Positions 37,371 to 39,117 of a stretch of DNA of 39,117 nucleotides are shown here, in pieces. Each line of letters starts with the position of its first letter. Position 1 is the stretch's first letter. Origin of the DNA: Jimgerdemannia flammicorona. Taxonomy: Eukaryota. Location of the stretch: NCBI GenBank assembly GCA_003990765.1, contig RBNJ01000152.1, positions 1 to 39,117 of the forward strand. The letters are read 5' to 3'. The translations under genes and the position numbers were made by a program. The notes beneath the pieces were generated by a model that had not been told where the DNA came from, did no database searches, and was given only the letters and a program-made list of their open reading frames with translations.

Positions 37371-38770
37371 TGTAAGCACACAACCTCTAAACTACTGAAA
37401 TCACACGTCACCCTCTGAACGAGCCACTAAAATCACATACGACCTCCAAACAAATCTGGAAATCACCTGCTTGATCATGAAGCTGAGTCAAACTGAAGTC
37501 ACAGTACACAAAGCTGAGTCAATATGAAGTCATGGAATACAAGATTTATATAAACAGAATATTACCAATCAGGACCAAATGCATATATACTAAGTACCGA
37601 GATGCATCAAAACAGAGAACCAAAACAAATAATAACTACAACTTCTGAACATATACAAATATAACCACCAAGATCTATAACTATATCTACACTGACATTT
37701 GGAATGCTATTGTCAACTGAGCCACACCCCCTCTGCCCCTCATAAATATCCATAGTCTAGCACCCTCTACTTCATAGAAGCCCAATGGAATGCCCTGAAC
37801 ATACTTAACAAGGCCCACCAAATCAGACAAATCTCAAGTTACTATCAGATCAGCTACCTCCTAGAAGATATGGTCGAACACTACCATGATACAGACATCA
37901 CCCAGATGTCTCAACACCAGAAGCTCATTGCCTGCAAACATTGAGAACTCTTCTATAAGTATAGCACTGTTATTCCCTGTCTCTGAGTTACTATAGCCAA
38001 AATTGTTGCTACTCTATCCTATGGCCAAATTGATGATATGATACAAGAACTTAACCATAGGTACCTTAAGTATATTGAAACTATAGACAGAACCTTCCCA
38101 CACCCCAACAATTATATTCTGCAAATGCCTCAAGTCAGATATACCATAAAGGACATCTATGATATAATCTGATTTGATGAAGATGAAGCAGAAGACAATG
38201 ATCCCTCTGATGCCAACATGACCTCAAGCCAAGGATCTCTACCAACCCTGATTATACTGCCAACCTTGCCAATGAACTTACAATAGTTCATAACCGCATA
38301 CAAGACTTATTGGGACAATGACCACTGGCATGAATACCAATCTGCATTTACCTCTGATTACTTTAATTACAATGAAGAGACTGGAGAATATAATCTGTAC
38401 CTTCAGACAATCCTTGAGATTGAACCAACAACTCCACCACCTAAGTATAAGTGATATGAACTACAGCCGCCAGCTTACTACAACTCTGTGACTCATAGTG
38501 CTGTAACCTATAGAAGGTATGCAGACAGCAAATCTGAGGAGAGCAAAGATGATGTATGTACCACTTCTTTGCCCACCAACACCTTATCCAGCATATGAGA
38601 CAGACAATGCAATTCTGTAGGATGGTGACAAAGTTCCAATGTATTATTATCTCAGTGACCAAGGAGAAGTAATCCATGAATCACTCTTCCTAGACAACTA
38701 CTTTATCAGAGATGATGCAATCTATGGTGATGTTATCGAAAACTACCCAGACAGCATCTAAACTTATAAA
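37371..38770 (+). mobile_element. LTR-like segment (TGTAAG start, TATA ~37547) followed by a decayed unknown ORF
   Basis: Composition shifts at ~37370. One + frame (~37770-38600) reads as protein interrupted mainly by TGA stops (CGA>TGA); CpG depleted. Confidence 0.4.
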
Positions 38771-38817
38771 TAGCCTAGCAGTCATAGTATAGTTAGATTA
38801 GCCTTGTACAACATAAC

Positions 38818-39117
38818 TGTGAAATGACTCAGTAGTCAGATGATCTCTTAACATATCAGATCACACTTGTACTATGTGACTGTATTCTGACTCAGCAAGG
38901 CACTTAGTGCTACATCCATATTTAGCATAGTCCAGATAGCCCCTCATTAGTATAAATACTCCCTCTCCCAGACCTCAGAATCTCAGACTTGAACAATCTG
39001 AACACAACTCCTGAGTACTTCCCCAACAATATCCCTTCACACAACTACTCCTAGTATAGTAATATCATGAATAGTAAATAAATCTATTTAATAATCCACA
39101 AATCACTTTTATTTTTT
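38818..39117 (+). mobile_element. Probable LTR, cut by the window end
   Basis: TGTGAA start, TATAAATA at 38951 and AATAAA at 39077; CpG-free. The 3' CA end and TSD are not visible. Confidence 0.45.

Overview
Eukaryotic, almost certainly fungal DNA: short spliceosomal introns and a single-chain Ade6-type FGAM synthase. An early-diverging Mucoromycota-like lineage is my inference only. A CpG-rich gene island (~7.1-30.85 kb) is flanked by two CpG-depleted, transition-riddled transposon graveyards containing nested L1/Tx1-like LINEs, hAT relics and LTRs. All intact genes are on the minus strand: ADE6 (2 exons, ~1377 aa); a secreted, probably GPI-anchored GH9 whose catalytic DAGD motif reads EAAN (2 exons, ~624 aa); an F-box/LRR/Cys-rich protein; and a hand-spliced 8-exon ~1811-aa protein with a C-terminal GNAT-like domain and a GC-AG intron, followed by a broken tandem copy. 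The island also holds a BTB/BACK pseudogene, two MITEs and a candidate structured RNA. The most notable feature is the C-terminal tail of a Fanzor/TnpB RNA-guided nuclease with an adjacent hairpin-rich omegaRNA-like segment, fused in frame to an unrelated ORF whose 5' leader is shared with the BTB pseudogene. All splicing and motif calls were made by eye.
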